Assembly: GCA_963823665.1 (NCBI GenBank)
Contig: CAWGMQ010000004.1
Coordinates: forward strand, 2,464,001-2,528,000
Length of the DNA stretch: 64,000 bases
Reading direction: 5' to 3'
DNA from: an uncultured Planctomycetota bacterium
GTDB lineage: Bacteria; Planctomycetota; Planctomycetia; Isosphaerales; Isosphaeraceae
Both the position numbers and the translations under genes were made by a program. The notes below the pieces were generated by a model. The model was given only the letters and a program-made list of their open reading frames with translations. It did no database searches and was not told the origin of the DNA. Shown piece by piece: positions 1 to 10,387 of this stretch; position 1 is the first letter of the stretch; every line of letters starts with the position of its first letter.

Positions 1-140
1 TAGCGCCAATCGCGGCCCGCCACGGAACCCAGGCGCACGTCGATATTATGGTCAATCGAAACGCCTTCGAACGCCGCAATGGTCAACCGGCGGAGGGCGG
101 GACGATCGGTCACTTGCAACGGGCGTATGTGGATGGCCAT
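1..140 (-). CDS. GNAT-family N-acetyltransferase, N-terminal part (runs off the window edge)
   Basis: Hand translation MAIHIRPLQVTDRPALRRLTIAAFEGVSIDHNID resembles the GNAT N-terminal IRP..D pattern; not in the ORF track. Confidence 0.6.
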   Translation of the reverse strand, partial: MAIHIRPLQVTDRPALRRLTIAAFEGVSIDHNIDVRLGSVAGRDWR

Positions 141-270
141 GAGAACGCATCGTACGCACGGGAGCGGCGGGGCGGAAAGGGGTCATCGGCCGTGATCAGA
201 GGGAAGACTTCTCGGCCGGCTGGAATTGCCCCGAACAGAAAGCGGGCCAATAGCCAGGGGATTCGGACCC

Positions 271-771
271 ATGGTACACTCAGAGCTGCCGGCTGATGCG
301 CCAATCGCTATGCGGAGCTGTACCGTGAGTGCACGACTTGAAGCAAATTTCACATACTCTTGCCCGCACTGCCGGGTCGAGCTCGAGGCCCCTGCCGGAG
401 GCTGGGACGGCTGGGTGCGCTGTCCTTCGTGTGCACGCGTATTCCTGCCGCCGGAGCCAGACAGGCTGCCGCGCAGTGTGCGCGCGAGTGCGGCCTCCAG
501 GCCTAATGGTGACACTCAGCCTGGAGACGGCACCACGGCGGGCACCGCCCTGGTCGAGCCTGCCGGCGTTTTTACAAGCCGGATGGCCCACACGAGCGGC
601 GCACGGTTGGTGTTCACCACTGGGTTCGTGCTCTGCCTGTTCCTCTCCTTGATCTTTTTTCTCGACTTCCAGCCCGGCAAGCTGGCGATTTTCGGGGCGC
701 TCACAATCGGCTTCTTTCTACTCTTGCTGCGGACTCCCCGGAAGCGATTGCCGCCGGTCGGGTCGAATTGA
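271..771 (+). CDS. Zn-ribbon protein with C-terminal TM hairpin
   Basis: CPHC...CPSC pair and two hydrophobic C-terminal helices; start uncertain. Confidence 0.7.
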   Translation: MVHSELPADAPIAMRSCTVSARLEANFTYSCPHCRVELEAPAGGWDGWVRCPSCARVFLPPEPDRLPRSVRASAASRPNGDTQPGDGTTAGTALVEPAGVFTSRMAHTSGARLVFTTGFVLCLFLSLIFFLDFQPGKLAIFGALTIGFFLLLLRTPRKRLPPVGSN

Positions 772-897
772 AGACACCTTGCACTGGCCAGTCCGAAATG
801 ATTCAATCCCACCTTGTGTTCATTGATCGAGCTTCGTCAGCGCACCGATCACGCTGCCTGGGCGAAGGGATTCTGTAGTCTTCGAGGAATGACCATC

Positions 898-1368
898 ATG
901 TCTTTGACGAAACACTTGGGGATGCGCACATCCACGGGTCTCTCCACGCTGCTTGCGGCCTTCGCTCTGGCTGGTCTGGGACTCCTGGCGGGCACCACAT
1001 CCCAGGCGCTCGGCGATGACAAGCCGCAGTCCGAGCTTCTGAAGCCTTTCCAGGGAACCTGGGCCACCGACGGCGAAGGCATCGACGCCAAGTGGACGTT
1101 CGACGGCGAGAAGATCAAAGCGACCGTCAACGGAACCGACTATTCTTGCAAGGTGAAGGTCGACACGGAGGCGAAGCCCAACCCCACGATGGACTTGTCG
1201 ATCGAAGACGGCCCGGAAGAAGCGAAGGGCAAGACCTCAAAGGTGATCTACAAGCTCGATGGCGAAAAGCTCACTCTCTGCGTCTCCGTTCCCGGCAAAG
1301 ACCGGCCCAAGGAGTTTGCTCAGGTCGAGGATGAATCGTACCTCTTCGTCCTGAAGAAGCAGAAGTAA
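898..1368 (+). CDS. Secreted TIGR03067-domain protein
   Basis: Signal peptide, then FQGTW...GKTSKVIYKLDGEKLTLCV..PGKDRPKEF. Confidence 0.85.
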   Translation: MSLTKHLGMRTSTGLSTLLAAFALAGLGLLAGTTSQALGDDKPQSELLKPFQGTWATDGEGIDAKWTFDGEKIKATVNGTDYSCKVKVDTEAKPNPTMDLSIEDGPEEAKGKTSKVIYKLDGEKLTLCVSVPGKDRPKEFAQVEDESYLFVLKKQK

Positions 1369-1456
1369 ACTGCCGCTCGAGATCAATCGACCGAAACTGG
1401 GCCATTCCGGGCTCTAACAGGGACGATATTGCCCGGACTGGCCCCAGCGCACAGGG

Positions 1457-3128
1457 TCATGACGGTGGTTTACGAGCCCGCCGGAAGATCTGAACGTCAC
1501 CCGTTTGCTGCTCCAAGTCGAACCAGCGCTTGGTGATCGCCTCGAGCTCTGGATCGCTTTTCCAGAACAGGACCACATCGACCGACCTGGCGTGGCTGCT
1601 CAGGAGCTCTTCCCAATCGCGCGAGCCGGGCGGCTTTGACCGCTTTGTCGTTCGGGTCGTCGTGAATCGAGATCAACTCCAGCTTGCCGGAATCGGGCCG
1701 CTCGATCTCCGGGCGGAACTGCACCGGGAAGTAATAGTGCCGGGCTTCGTAGTTGTTCCAGACCACGTTCCCGGTATCGACACCGAGCCAGTTTTCGGCG
1801 TGGAGCAGCGGATTGGCGCGAAAGCGGCCTCTTGAGCTTACGAGTAACGTGATGATTCTCTGGTCCCGGCCGACGAGGTTGCCGGCGCGGATCAGCTTGC
1901 CGGCGGTGGCGTCGGAATAGAGTGCGTAGTCCCAGACAATCGCCGCCTGGAGCGTGACCGCGAGGGTGATTGCCGCGAACACACAGCGTCCTGGCCAGCG
2001 GGATAAGTCTGCGTCAAAAACCGGCACCAAAGCAATGAAGCCGAGGAGCAGCGCCCGCTGAGGGAGGAATTCTCCGTGGGCGGGGCCGAATGAGTCAGGG
2101 CCGACGATTCCTCCGAGTAGAAGCAAGGCGGCCAGAACCATCCAGCCCTGGCGGTCATCTACTGATTTCTGCGTTTGGATCGGTTCTTGAGCGGCTGGGG
2201 CATCCGCCCGGTGCCTTTGCCTGGGGGTTTCTCTGCCGGTCATTCGAGCGTACCACCAGAGCACGAGGGCCACGGAGAGCCAGACGGCGGGAGCGAAGAT
2301 CGCAAAGGCGCGGCTCACCCGGCTTGTGAACGGCAAGCCCTCCTTCACGGCGAGCGTTATGGGATCGACCCAGCCCAGGCGCGCACCCCACAGGTTTTCC
2401 CATACCGGCTGAATTGGCGCGCTGCGCGTGGCTGCTTGCAAATAGAGGTAGCCGAGGATGAGAAGCGGCGCGAAGCTGATGGATGTTCGCAACAAGCGGG
2501 CGGTCCGGTATCTCCAGGGTTGTGTGCAGCCGTCCTGCAGCGGGCCCGCTACTGCCAGAACGATCAATCCCACCACGGTGAGCCCCAGACTGACCAGGTG
2601 GCAGAAGTATCCCAGGCAGAGTAGAAGCGCCAGCACTCCCATTCGACCGAACGAAAGCCGGTAGCGGCCCTGCCACCAGACGCCGAGGGTGATCGGGAAC
2701 AGGCAGCTTCCGATCAAGAAGCTGGTGAAGCCCAGCAGCCACGCCATGTTCATGGCGAGCAACGCAGAGAAAAGCGCTGCCAGGACCAGGCCCTTGCTCC
2801 CGCAGACGCGCCACCGGAGCCAGAGTGTGGCTGCTGCGAGACCGGCCAAGGTGATAGTGGTCATGATGCGATCGGCGATCCATGCCGGAAACTGCGTGAG
2901 GAGCCCGGCGAGCAGCAGGTGCCCTGCCCAGTTCGGGATCGGCTTCCACGCGATGGTGTAGACCAACCGGGAAGGAGATTCGGGGTCAAACGACTGGGCG
3001 AGGACCTGGGCGTTGTAGACGTGCGCTGGCCCATCCTGGGTCACGAACCAGGGCACAGCCCAGATCGCCGATAAGGGAACCGCCAGCGCCAAGGCCAGTG
3101 CCAGGAACCCAGGACAGCTCGCACGCAT
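1457..3128 (-). CDS. Multi-TM membrane protein, possibly GT-C glycosyltransferase-like; frameshift near 1625
   Basis: QDGPAHVYNA motif after the first TM and many TMs; C-terminus continues in another frame (DWEELLSSHARSVDVVLFWK...). Confidence 0.6.
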
Positions 3129-3242
3129 TTCGCGACTATAATCCATGAGTTGTCGAAGGAGGAGACGTATTGCGTCCAATCAGTCCGGGGCGCATGCTAA
3201 AAACCGTGAATCCAACCGCCGCCTCTCGAATTGAAGCACATC

Positions 3243-3944
3243 ATGAGCAACCTCACGATCGAAGTTTGGGACGCCACCGGAAACAAAAAGCAGTTGGTCG
3301 AGCTGCCGGCCGACGCACCGGTCAACCGCGTTATCGCGGTTCTCGTCGAGAAGATGAACCTTCCGAGGTACAGCCCAGACGGACAGTTGATGAGTTATAA
3401 ATTCCACCACAAGGCCAGCGGACGGCAGTTGCTCGACGACCAGACGCTTGCGTCGGCAGATATTCACAACGGCGATGTGTTGCGACTGCAACCGGAAATC
3501 ACGGCAGGCGGTGAAGAAGAGTCTTCGAGAGAGTCGGCGGTCGAGTCGCCACAAGAAGTGAAGGCGTGCCCGTTCTGTGGAGAATGGATCCTGGCCGTTG
3601 CGCGGAAATGCCGCTACTGCGACGAGTATCTCGACCCCGAGCTGCGGCGATCGGCCAGATCTGCTCCCGATGGTCTGGACCGGTTTGTGATTCCGCAGGG
3701 CCGGCCGGCCTCTGCCATCGCGAGCGGGTATCTCGGGCTCTTGTCGCTTTTTCCGTTCATTGGGTTCCCACTCGGAATCGGGGCGCTGATCACGGGCGTG
3801 GTTGCGCTCAAGACGCTGCGTGAGAATCCTCACCTTATCGGCCGGGGAAGGGCCTGGTTCGGACTGATCGTGGGGACCATCGGCACACTCTTCAGTGCGT
3901 TCATGATCGTGGTCATGGTGATCGTCGGCGTCACGAAGCGCTGA
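3243..3944 (+). CDS. Ubiquitin-like (YukD/EsaB-type beta-grasp) domain ending ...PEITAGG, fused to Zn-ribbon and DUF4190-like TM domain
   Basis: 90-aa Ubl (LLDDQTLASADIHNGDVLRL) with Gly89-Gly90 at 3507-3512, then CPFC..CRYC and two TMs with GRGRAWFG. Confidence 0.85.
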   Translation: MSNLTIEVWDATGNKKQLVELPADAPVNRVIAVLVEKMNLPRYSPDGQLMSYKFHHKASGRQLLDDQTLASADIHNGDVLRLQPEITAGGEEESSRESAVESPQEVKACPFCGEWILAVARKCRYCDEYLDPELRRSARSAPDGLDRFVIPQGRPASAIASGYLGLLSLFPFIGFPLGIGALITGVVALKTLRENPHLIGRGRAWFGLIVGTIGTLFSAFMIVVMVIVGVTKR

Positions 3945-4019
3945 GCGTGCTCGAAACGAATCCTGGACGAATACTCGGACAACGGGGCACAGTCCGGACC
4001 AGTCGGAAGGACAACGGCG

Positions 4020-5269
4020 TTGAGCGACGTGATCCGGTTGAGCGGCGATGTCCAGGGCGACCTTGACCGCTTCGCGAGGTTCCGGTTGATCAGTTGGTGG
4101 GACCAGGAGCGACTGGCCGCGGCCAAGGTGGTTGTGATCGGCGCGGGGCGCTGGGCAATGAGATCGTCAAGAACCTGGCTCTGCTGGGAGTAGGCCATGT
4201 TTTCGTGGCTGACCGCGATCGGATCGAGCACTCGAACCTATCGCGGTCGATCCTGTTCCGTGAATCGGACTGCGGCCGGCCGAAAGCCCAAGTGGCCGCG
4301 GAGCGGGCTGCAGAGGTTTACCCGTCGATCAAGGTACAGCCCTTTCTGGGAAACATAGTGCACGATCTGGGGGTTGGCATTTACCGCTGGGCCGATGTGA
4401 TTCTGGGAGGACTTGACAATCGCGAAGCCCGGGTCGCGATCAACCACGCGAGCGCCCGGGCGGGGAAGGTCTGGATCGACGGTGCGATCGAGCGTTTAGA
4501 TGGGGTCGCTCGCGTGTTTGACCCGGCGACCGGGCCTTGCTACGAGTGCACGATGGGTGTGAATGACTGGAAGATGCTCGAGGCCCGGCGAAGCTGTGCC
4601 CTGCTCTCTCGAGGGGAAATGGAGCAGGGCAAAGTGCCGACTACCCCCACCACCGCCTCGATTATTGCGGGCATCCAGGTGCAGGAAGCGGTCAAGTATT
4701 TGCACGGGCTCGAGACGATCTCAGGCCAGGGCTTCATTTTCGACGGGACATTTCATCAGAGCTACGTGGTGAGCTACACCCGCAAGGCCGACTGCCCGGC
4801 GCACGACGCCGATCAGCCGGTCGAGCCGCTTTCGCAGAAGGTTGCGTCGACCCGAGTAGGCGATTTGCTCGAGCGAGCGCGGTCGGATCTGGGGAGTGAA
4901 GCGATCATCGAACTGGGGCGGGACCTGCTCCGGTCGCTCCATTGCCCGGCTTGCCGTGAAGACGAGACCGTGTTTGCCTCCCTGGGAAAAATCACGGAAG
5001 CGCGCGGCCGCTGCCCGCGCTGCGGGGAGCCGCGAACTCCTTCCATGTTTCACTCGGTCGACGGCCGCGATTCCGATCTCCTGGAAAAGACCCTGGGCGA
5101 GATCGGCATTCCAGCGTGGGATGTTGTCCACGGCCGTGCCGGGATGGAGCAGCGATTCTACGAGTTTCAAGGCGATTCATCGCTTGTGCTGGGCGTTCTT
5201 GATCATCACCCTCGCTCGAAAGCGACGAGCGGTCCGGACCATCCCGCGATAACAGGTGCGACCTCATGA
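4020..5269 (+). CDS. E1-like ThiF/MoeB/UBA activating enzyme; frameshift in G-run at ~4146
   Basis: DRFARFRLISWWDQERLAAAKVVVIGAG joins ALGNEIVKNLALLGVG; DRIEHSNLSR, DNREAR, PCYEC, candidate catalytic Cys in RRSCALL, C-terminal CPAC/CPRC. Confidence 0.9.
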
Positions 5270-6454
5270 CGGACGAGCGTCCTCAGCCGGAAGAGCTCAC
5301 CGACGTTCGCGTGCTGGCACGCGAGAAACTAACGCATGAAGCATTTCCCGGCGGCCGCAATGAAGGCCTTCGGGTCTTCTTCACGCCGCGGGTGCACGAG
5401 GCGCTCTGGCAGCACGCCGTGTTGGACACGAGCGTCGAGATCTGCGGGGTTCTGGTGGGCACCTGGCATCGCGACGACGCGGGGCCGTTTGTGAAGATCG
5501 TGGAATCGATCCGTGGAGAGGGGGCGGAAACCCGGTTTGCCGAGGTGACGTTCACGCACCAGACCTGGGCCAAGATCAACGCCGAGATGGACACCAAGTT
5601 TTCCAAGCTATCGATCGTCGGCTGGTATCACACGCACCCGGACTTCGGGATTTTCCTGTCGGACCGCGATCGTTTCATCCACGAGCACTTTTTCTCCGGC
5701 CCCGGCCAGGTCGCGCATGTGATCGACCCGATCCGGAAAACCGAAGGGGTCTTCATCTGGCGTGGGGGCAAGCCGAGCCCATGCGAGCATTTCTGGGTCG
5801 GAGACCGAATTCTGGTCGAATCTCCGGGGGGATTTGAACAGTCAAGCGAACTGGAGGCCGGCGGGCGCTCGCATGCGGCGGCAATGCCTGGGCGGGTAGC
5901 CGCCCCGCCGCAGGGGGCAGCGCAGTGCGGCAGCGCCCTCGGGAACGATGCGCGAGTTGTTCCCGGGGCCCGGGCGGTTGATTGCGTACGCGATCGTCTT
6001 TATCCTGGGCTATCTTCTGGCTAGTATACTCTCGGCATGGGAACATCAACGCTTCGTGGAGAGTGTGCTGGCCAGCAACGGGTATATGGCCGTGCTCAGG
6101 CTAGGGCTCGCCGATGAGCTTGACGGGCTTCGCGGCGATCTGGCCGGGATGGTTCGTCCGCTCGAGGCACTGGGATCGAAGACCGACAAGCCGGAGGAGC
6201 AACTCGCCGAGATCCGTGCACAGGTCGTGACGGCACTGCGGCGGACGGATGCAATCAAAGCCCGGTATGGAAACACGTCGGCCGAGGACGACATGCTCAA
6301 ACGCATGCTCCGCGACCTCCGCGACCGCCTGATGGCCCAGCAGCAGCTTCGTTTGCCCGAGATCCCGAATCCAGAAACGTCGCCGCCAAAGGACCGGGCA
6401 AAAGACGACGGCAAAGCGGAGGCTTCCAAGGAAACCGCGACTCCCAAGTCCTGA
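5266..6454 (+). CDS. JAB/MPN+ (Mov34) metallopeptidase, probably with C-terminal TM and coiled coil (frameshift ~5915), or two overlapping genes
   Basis: EICGVLVG...GWYHTHPDFGIFLSDRD JAMM motif; overlapping ORF 5948-6454 has a TM and a helical region. Confidence 0.85.
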
Positions 6455-6516
6455 CGAGCAGAACAGCGCCGGGAAACCTCCACTGTCTGAATGCACTGAC
6501 CTACAGGGTTTGGCTC

Positions 6517-7584
6517 ATGTCGACGTCGAGCTCGCGCGAACCGATTCGCCTCACGGCGGATGACCTATTCTCACCCAAGGTCGAAGCCTTCCTTGACGAG
6601 CAGGCTGCGCTCAACCGGGCGCTGCCGGAAACGTCGCCTCAGCCGTTCATTGTTCGGGTCTTGTACTCGAGCTATTTCTATCTGAGCCTGGCGAGTGGGC
6701 TGGGGGCTTTCCTGGGCTGGCTCGTTCTCGAGCCGTTCCTCGATGACAAGCACATGGGGTGGGCCGGGTTTCTTCTGTTTCCAACTGTTGCTGCCTCGAT
6801 CGGAATGTTCCTGGGCGCAGCGGAGGGAATCATGTGCCGCAACGCCCAGCGGGCGGCGATCTGTGCGGCGGTCGGTCTGGGTGTGGGGTTTGTGGGCGGC
6901 ATCGTGTCGGTTTTTCTTGCCACCATCATGTTCACGATCACGTCGGTGATCTCGCTGGCACTCTCAAAGAAACAGCCTCAACCAGGGGAGCTGCCGACGG
7001 GCATGGGATTCCTCGTCTTCATGATGGGGAGGGCCTCGGCGTGGGCGCTCGCAGCGGTTCCGGCCGGCATTGGCCAGGGGATCGCGCTACGTGAACCAAA
7101 GGTGCTGCTCAACGGTCTGCTCGGAGGCGTTCTGGGTGGCCTGCTCGGCGGGATGGCTTTCGACCCGATTTACTTGATGTTCACGTCAAAGGACGGTGAG
7201 GCCTCGCTCAGCCGGGGCATCGGGTTGACCCTGATCGGCCTGATGGTCGGGCTGTTTGTGGGGATGGTCGAGCAATGGACCAAGTCGGCGTGGCTGCTCA
7301 TGAAAGCAGGACCGCTCGCCGGTAAGCAATTCGTTCTGTTCCGCAACCCGACGGTTCTGGGCAGCGCACCCAAGGCGGATGTTTACCTTTTCAAGGACGG
7401 GGCCATCGAGCCGCGACACGCACTGATCCACGATCGCGGCGGCCGTTTCGAAATCGAGGACATGAACACGGCGGACGGAACGTATGTCAACGGCCTGCCG
7501 GTATCCAGGCAGATCCTCAAATCCGGCGATCAGATCGTGCTGGGCAAGACCGTACTCGAGTTTGCACTCAAGGAATCGCGCTAG
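6517..7584 (+). CDS. Multi-TM membrane protein with C-terminal FHA domain
   Basis: Gly-rich TMs, then VLGSAPKADV...IEPRHALI...DMNTADGTYVNG...LKSGDQIVLG. Confidence 0.85.
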   Translation: MSTSSSREPIRLTADDLFSPKVEAFLDEQAALNRALPETSPQPFIVRVLYSSYFYLSLASGLGAFLGWLVLEPFLDDKHMGWAGFLLFPTVAASIGMFLGAAEGIMCRNAQRAAICAAVGLGVGFVGGIVSVFLATIMFTITSVISLALSKKQPQPGELPTGMGFLVFMMGRASAWALAAVPAGIGQGIALREPKVLLNGLLGGVLGGLLGGMAFDPIYLMFTSKDGEASLSRGIGLTLIGLMVGLFVGMVEQWTKSAWLLMKAGPLAGKQFVLFRNPTVLGSAPKADVYLFKDGAIEPRHALIHDRGGRFEIEDMNTADGTYVNGLPVSRQILKSGDQIVLGKTVLEFALKESR

Positions 7585-7604
7585 CGTTAATTGTGGAGGG
7601 TCTT

Positions 7605-8183
7605 ATGGCCATTTCCTTTCAGTGTCCTCAATGTGGGAAGAAGCTCAAGGCACCAGACAATGCCGCGGGCAAGTCGTCGAGCTGTCCGGGCTGCGGCAAT
7701 AAGGTGACGTGCCCGGAGCCGGTCTATGACGCCGAAGTCGTCGAGATGGAGATGGCGCCGGATAAACCGAAAGGGTTTGATCCATTCGCAGACATGGACG
7801 ACGACAAACCCTACAAGGTTGCCGGTACCCCACCGCCTACGGAGTCGGCTGATGACGGTCGCCGCCCCTGCCCGATGTGCGGTGAGATGATCGTCGCGAC
7901 GGCTGCCAAATGCCGGTACTGCGGCGAGGTGTTCGACCCGACCCTGAAGAAATCGAAGTCCAAGAAGAAGAAGAAAAGGCACAGTCCGGAAGATGAAGAA
8001 CTTTCTGGTAGCGAAATTGCCGTCGCCATACTTTGCTCAGGCATCGGCTGCATCGCCGGCATCGTCTGGATGATACAGGGAAAACCCAAGGGATTGAAGA
8101 TGGTCGGAATTTCGATCGGCATGGTCATCGTATGGAACATTATCAATGTGGTTATCCGATTTACGTTGTTGAACCAAAACTGA
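7605..8183 (+). CDS. Double Zn-ribbon membrane protein with poly-Lys tract
   Basis: CPQC..CPGC, CPMC..CRYC, KKSKSKKKKKR and C-terminal TMs; GGAGG RBS. Confidence 0.8.
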   Translation: MAISFQCPQCGKKLKAPDNAAGKSSSCPGCGNKVTCPEPVYDAEVVEMEMAPDKPKGFDPFADMDDDKPYKVAGTPPPTESADDGRRPCPMCGEMIVATAAKCRYCGEVFDPTLKKSKSKKKKKRHSPEDEELSGSEIAVAILCSGIGCIAGIVWMIQGKPKGLKMVGISIGMVIVWNIINVVIRFTLLNQN

Positions 8184-8202
8184 GTGGGAGCGTCGTCGGC
8201 CG

Positions 8203-8928
8203 ATGCCTGCCATTGTTTCCTGTAACTGCGGTGCCCGAATCAAGGTGCCTGAAGGAGCGCGGCCGGATGCCATGCTTCGGTGCCCGCGCTGCAAGGCCGA
8301 GATTGTGCTGGCCGGCGAGGGCCGGATCGTCACCGCGAAACTGGCCGATCCCGCGACGATGGGAGGAATCTGCGCGGTATGTCAGTCGGCCGTGAGCCCT
8401 GGGGAGGCCGTGCTGGCTTGCCCCAGTTGCGACCAGTTGCATCATCGCGAGTGCTGGAACGAAGTGGGCGGGTGTGCAACGTACGGCTGCGAGAATGCGC
8501 CGGCAACGGAAAAAGCGGCCGCGTTCGAGGCACCACGGACTGCATGGGGTGAAACCAAGAAGTGCCCCGCCTGCGGCGAGACGATCAAATCGATTGCTCT
8601 GCGCTGCCGTTACTGCGGCACCGATTTCGACACGGTTGATCCCCTCACGCTCAAGGACCTTAAAAAGCAGGTTGTGGGCGAGGAACGGCTGCAGACGACA
8701 AAAACGCTGGTGATCCTGTTTTTCGTGCTCAGTGTGCTGGGCTGCCCAGCCCCGATCGTGGTGGTTGCCGCCTCCTGCTACGTGCTGCTCAAGCACAAGA
8801 CCGTTGCCAAGGCCGGGCCGGCCTATCTGGTCATGGGCTATTCCGCGATCGCGATCTCCGCTTTATATTCGATATTATTCTTGTTGTTCTTTATCGGCTC
8901 ACAGATGGGAACAGCTCGCGCCCCGTAG
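8203..8928 (+). CDS. Prokaryotic RING-finger (E3-like) protein with Zn-ribbons and C-terminal TMs
   Basis: CAVC-x12-CPSC-x3-HHRECW...GGCATYGC, matching Prok-RING family 1. Confidence 0.85.
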   Translation: MPAIVSCNCGARIKVPEGARPDAMLRCPRCKAEIVLAGEGRIVTAKLADPATMGGICAVCQSAVSPGEAVLACPSCDQLHHRECWNEVGGCATYGCENAPATEKAAAFEAPRTAWGETKKCPACGETIKSIALRCRYCGTDFDTVDPLTLKDLKKQVVGEERLQTTKTLVILFFVLSVLGCPAPIVVVAASCYVLLKHKTVAKAGPAYLVMGYSAIAISALYSILFLLFFIGSQMGTARAP

Positions 8929-9013
8929 GCGACGGGCTCGAGCGACGGGCCAGGGGCATCAAATCGTTACAACCTTGCCCGAGCGGGAGCCAGACCGTAA
9001 GGAGATCATTCCG

Positions 9014-10387
9014 TTGGACGCGGCAGGCGCGAGGTCATTGATCGCTTGTCCACGCGAGGTGGGCGCGGAGTGCCCTCACTGCGCGGCCGACGTCGTGCTG
9101 GGCGACCCGATCATGGTCTGCCAGGCGTGTGGGACGGTTCACCATCGGGCATGCTGGCGGGTTCATGATCGGTGCGGGGCCTATGCATGCGCGCCCGGGC
9201 GGCGTGACTCACCCGAGCCACGGCACTCCGACGCGGTTTTGACGATCACCCAAGCCGAGATCGAGCGCGCGGTGCCGCTGGCTCCCGCGATTCGTCCCAT
9301 GTTCGGCGCCCAGAGTCCAGGTGGCGGGGCGTTTCCGCCCCCGGTGCCGACCCGCGCGGGCTGGAACGGCCTGGCGATTGCTTCGTTCATCTGTGCTCTC
9401 GCGGGCATTCCGCTTTTTGGACTCATCACCGGGATGGTCGCGGTTGTGCTGGCCGTCATTGCGCTCGGCGCGATCCGGGCCAGCTCACAGCGCGGGCTGG
9501 GGCTGGCGCTCGGAGGCCTGTTGCTCGGTTTGGTGGACGTGGTGGGGTGGATTGCGCTCATTGTGATGCTGCTGCCTGGGTTTTTTAGTCGCGAACTGCC
9601 GGCGGACCTGCACTTTTCGGAGGCACCGCCGGATCTTTCCGCGATCCGGGAGCTTGCGCCGCCGCTCCAGCGCGCGATGAGAGCCAATGTGCTGATCGAG
9701 CGGCACACCGGGATTGCCGCGCTGGGCGGTAAGGCTGTCGGCTCGGGAGTGATCTTGCAACTGAGCGACGGCGAAGCCCTGATCGTCACGAACCGGCATG
9801 TCGTCGATGACGAATTCCCTGCGTCGCACAACGATGCCGCTCAAGCCGACCATCTCACCCGGCTCGGCAAGATGTCGGTCACGTTGCTGGACCAGCCGAA
9901 ACTTGAAGGCCAAGTCGTCTGGCTTGCTCCCGGGCAAATCGACCTGGCGATGATCCGCGTTCGCTGCAGTCCGTCCGGTCAGGCGAGGGATGCTGCGTGG
10001 GAGCGAGGCCGGCCCATGAAGGTGGGGGAGACGGTTTTCGCGATCGGCAATCCCTATCAGCTCGGCTGGACGCACACGCAGGGTGTGATTTCACAGATGC
10101 GCTCCCAGGATTTCGACTTGCATCGCGTGCGGGTGATCCAGATGCAGGCGGCGATCAACCCCGGCAACAGCGGTGGGGGTCTTTACGACAGCGACGGCTA
10201 TTTGCTCGGCATCAATACGTGGACAGCCGACAAGAGCGTGAGTGAAGGAATCGGCTTTGCGATTGCGCTCGACAGCCTGCTCGAGCTGGCCCCGCCGCCG
10301 CTTGCGCCGCGGCCGGAGAAACCAACGGCGGCACCGGCGGAGAAAACCCCCTCCAAGACAGCTCACACCAAGAGAAGCGCGCCATGA
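9014..10387 (+). CDS. RING finger - DUF4190-like TM - trypsin-like (S1C) serine protease fusion
   Basis: CPHC..CQACGTVHHRACW..CGAYAC; TMs; triad motifs TNRHVV, IDLAMI, INPGNSGG; TTG start after AAGGAG. Confidence 0.85.
   Translation: MDAAGARSLIACPREVGAECPHCAADVVLGDPIMVCQACGTVHHRACWRVHDRCGAYACAPGRRDSPEPRHSDAVLTITQAEIERAVPLAPAIRPMFGAQSPGGGAFPPPVPTRAGWNGLAIASFICALAGIPLFGLITGMVAVVLAVIALGAIRASSQRGLGLALGGLLLGLVDVVGWIALIVMLLPGFFSRELPADLHFSEAPPDLSAIRELAPPLQRAMRANVLIERHTGIAALGGKAVGSGVILQLSDGEALIVTNRHVVDDEFPASHNDAAQADHLTRLGKMSVTLLDQPKLEGQVVWLAPGQIDLAMIRVRCSPSGQARDAAWERGRPMKVGETVFAIGNPYQLGWTHTQGVISQMRSQDFDLHRVRVIQMQAAINPGNSGGGLYDSDGYLLGINTWTADKSVSEGIGFAIALDSLLELAPPPLAPRPEKPTAAPAEKTPSKTAHTKRSAP

Noticed and set aside
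4020..5269. ThiF/MoeB cofactor-biosynthesis role for the E1
   Set aside because: No thiamine, molybdopterin or cysteine-synthesis genes are nearby; the neighbours are E2, RING and JAB.
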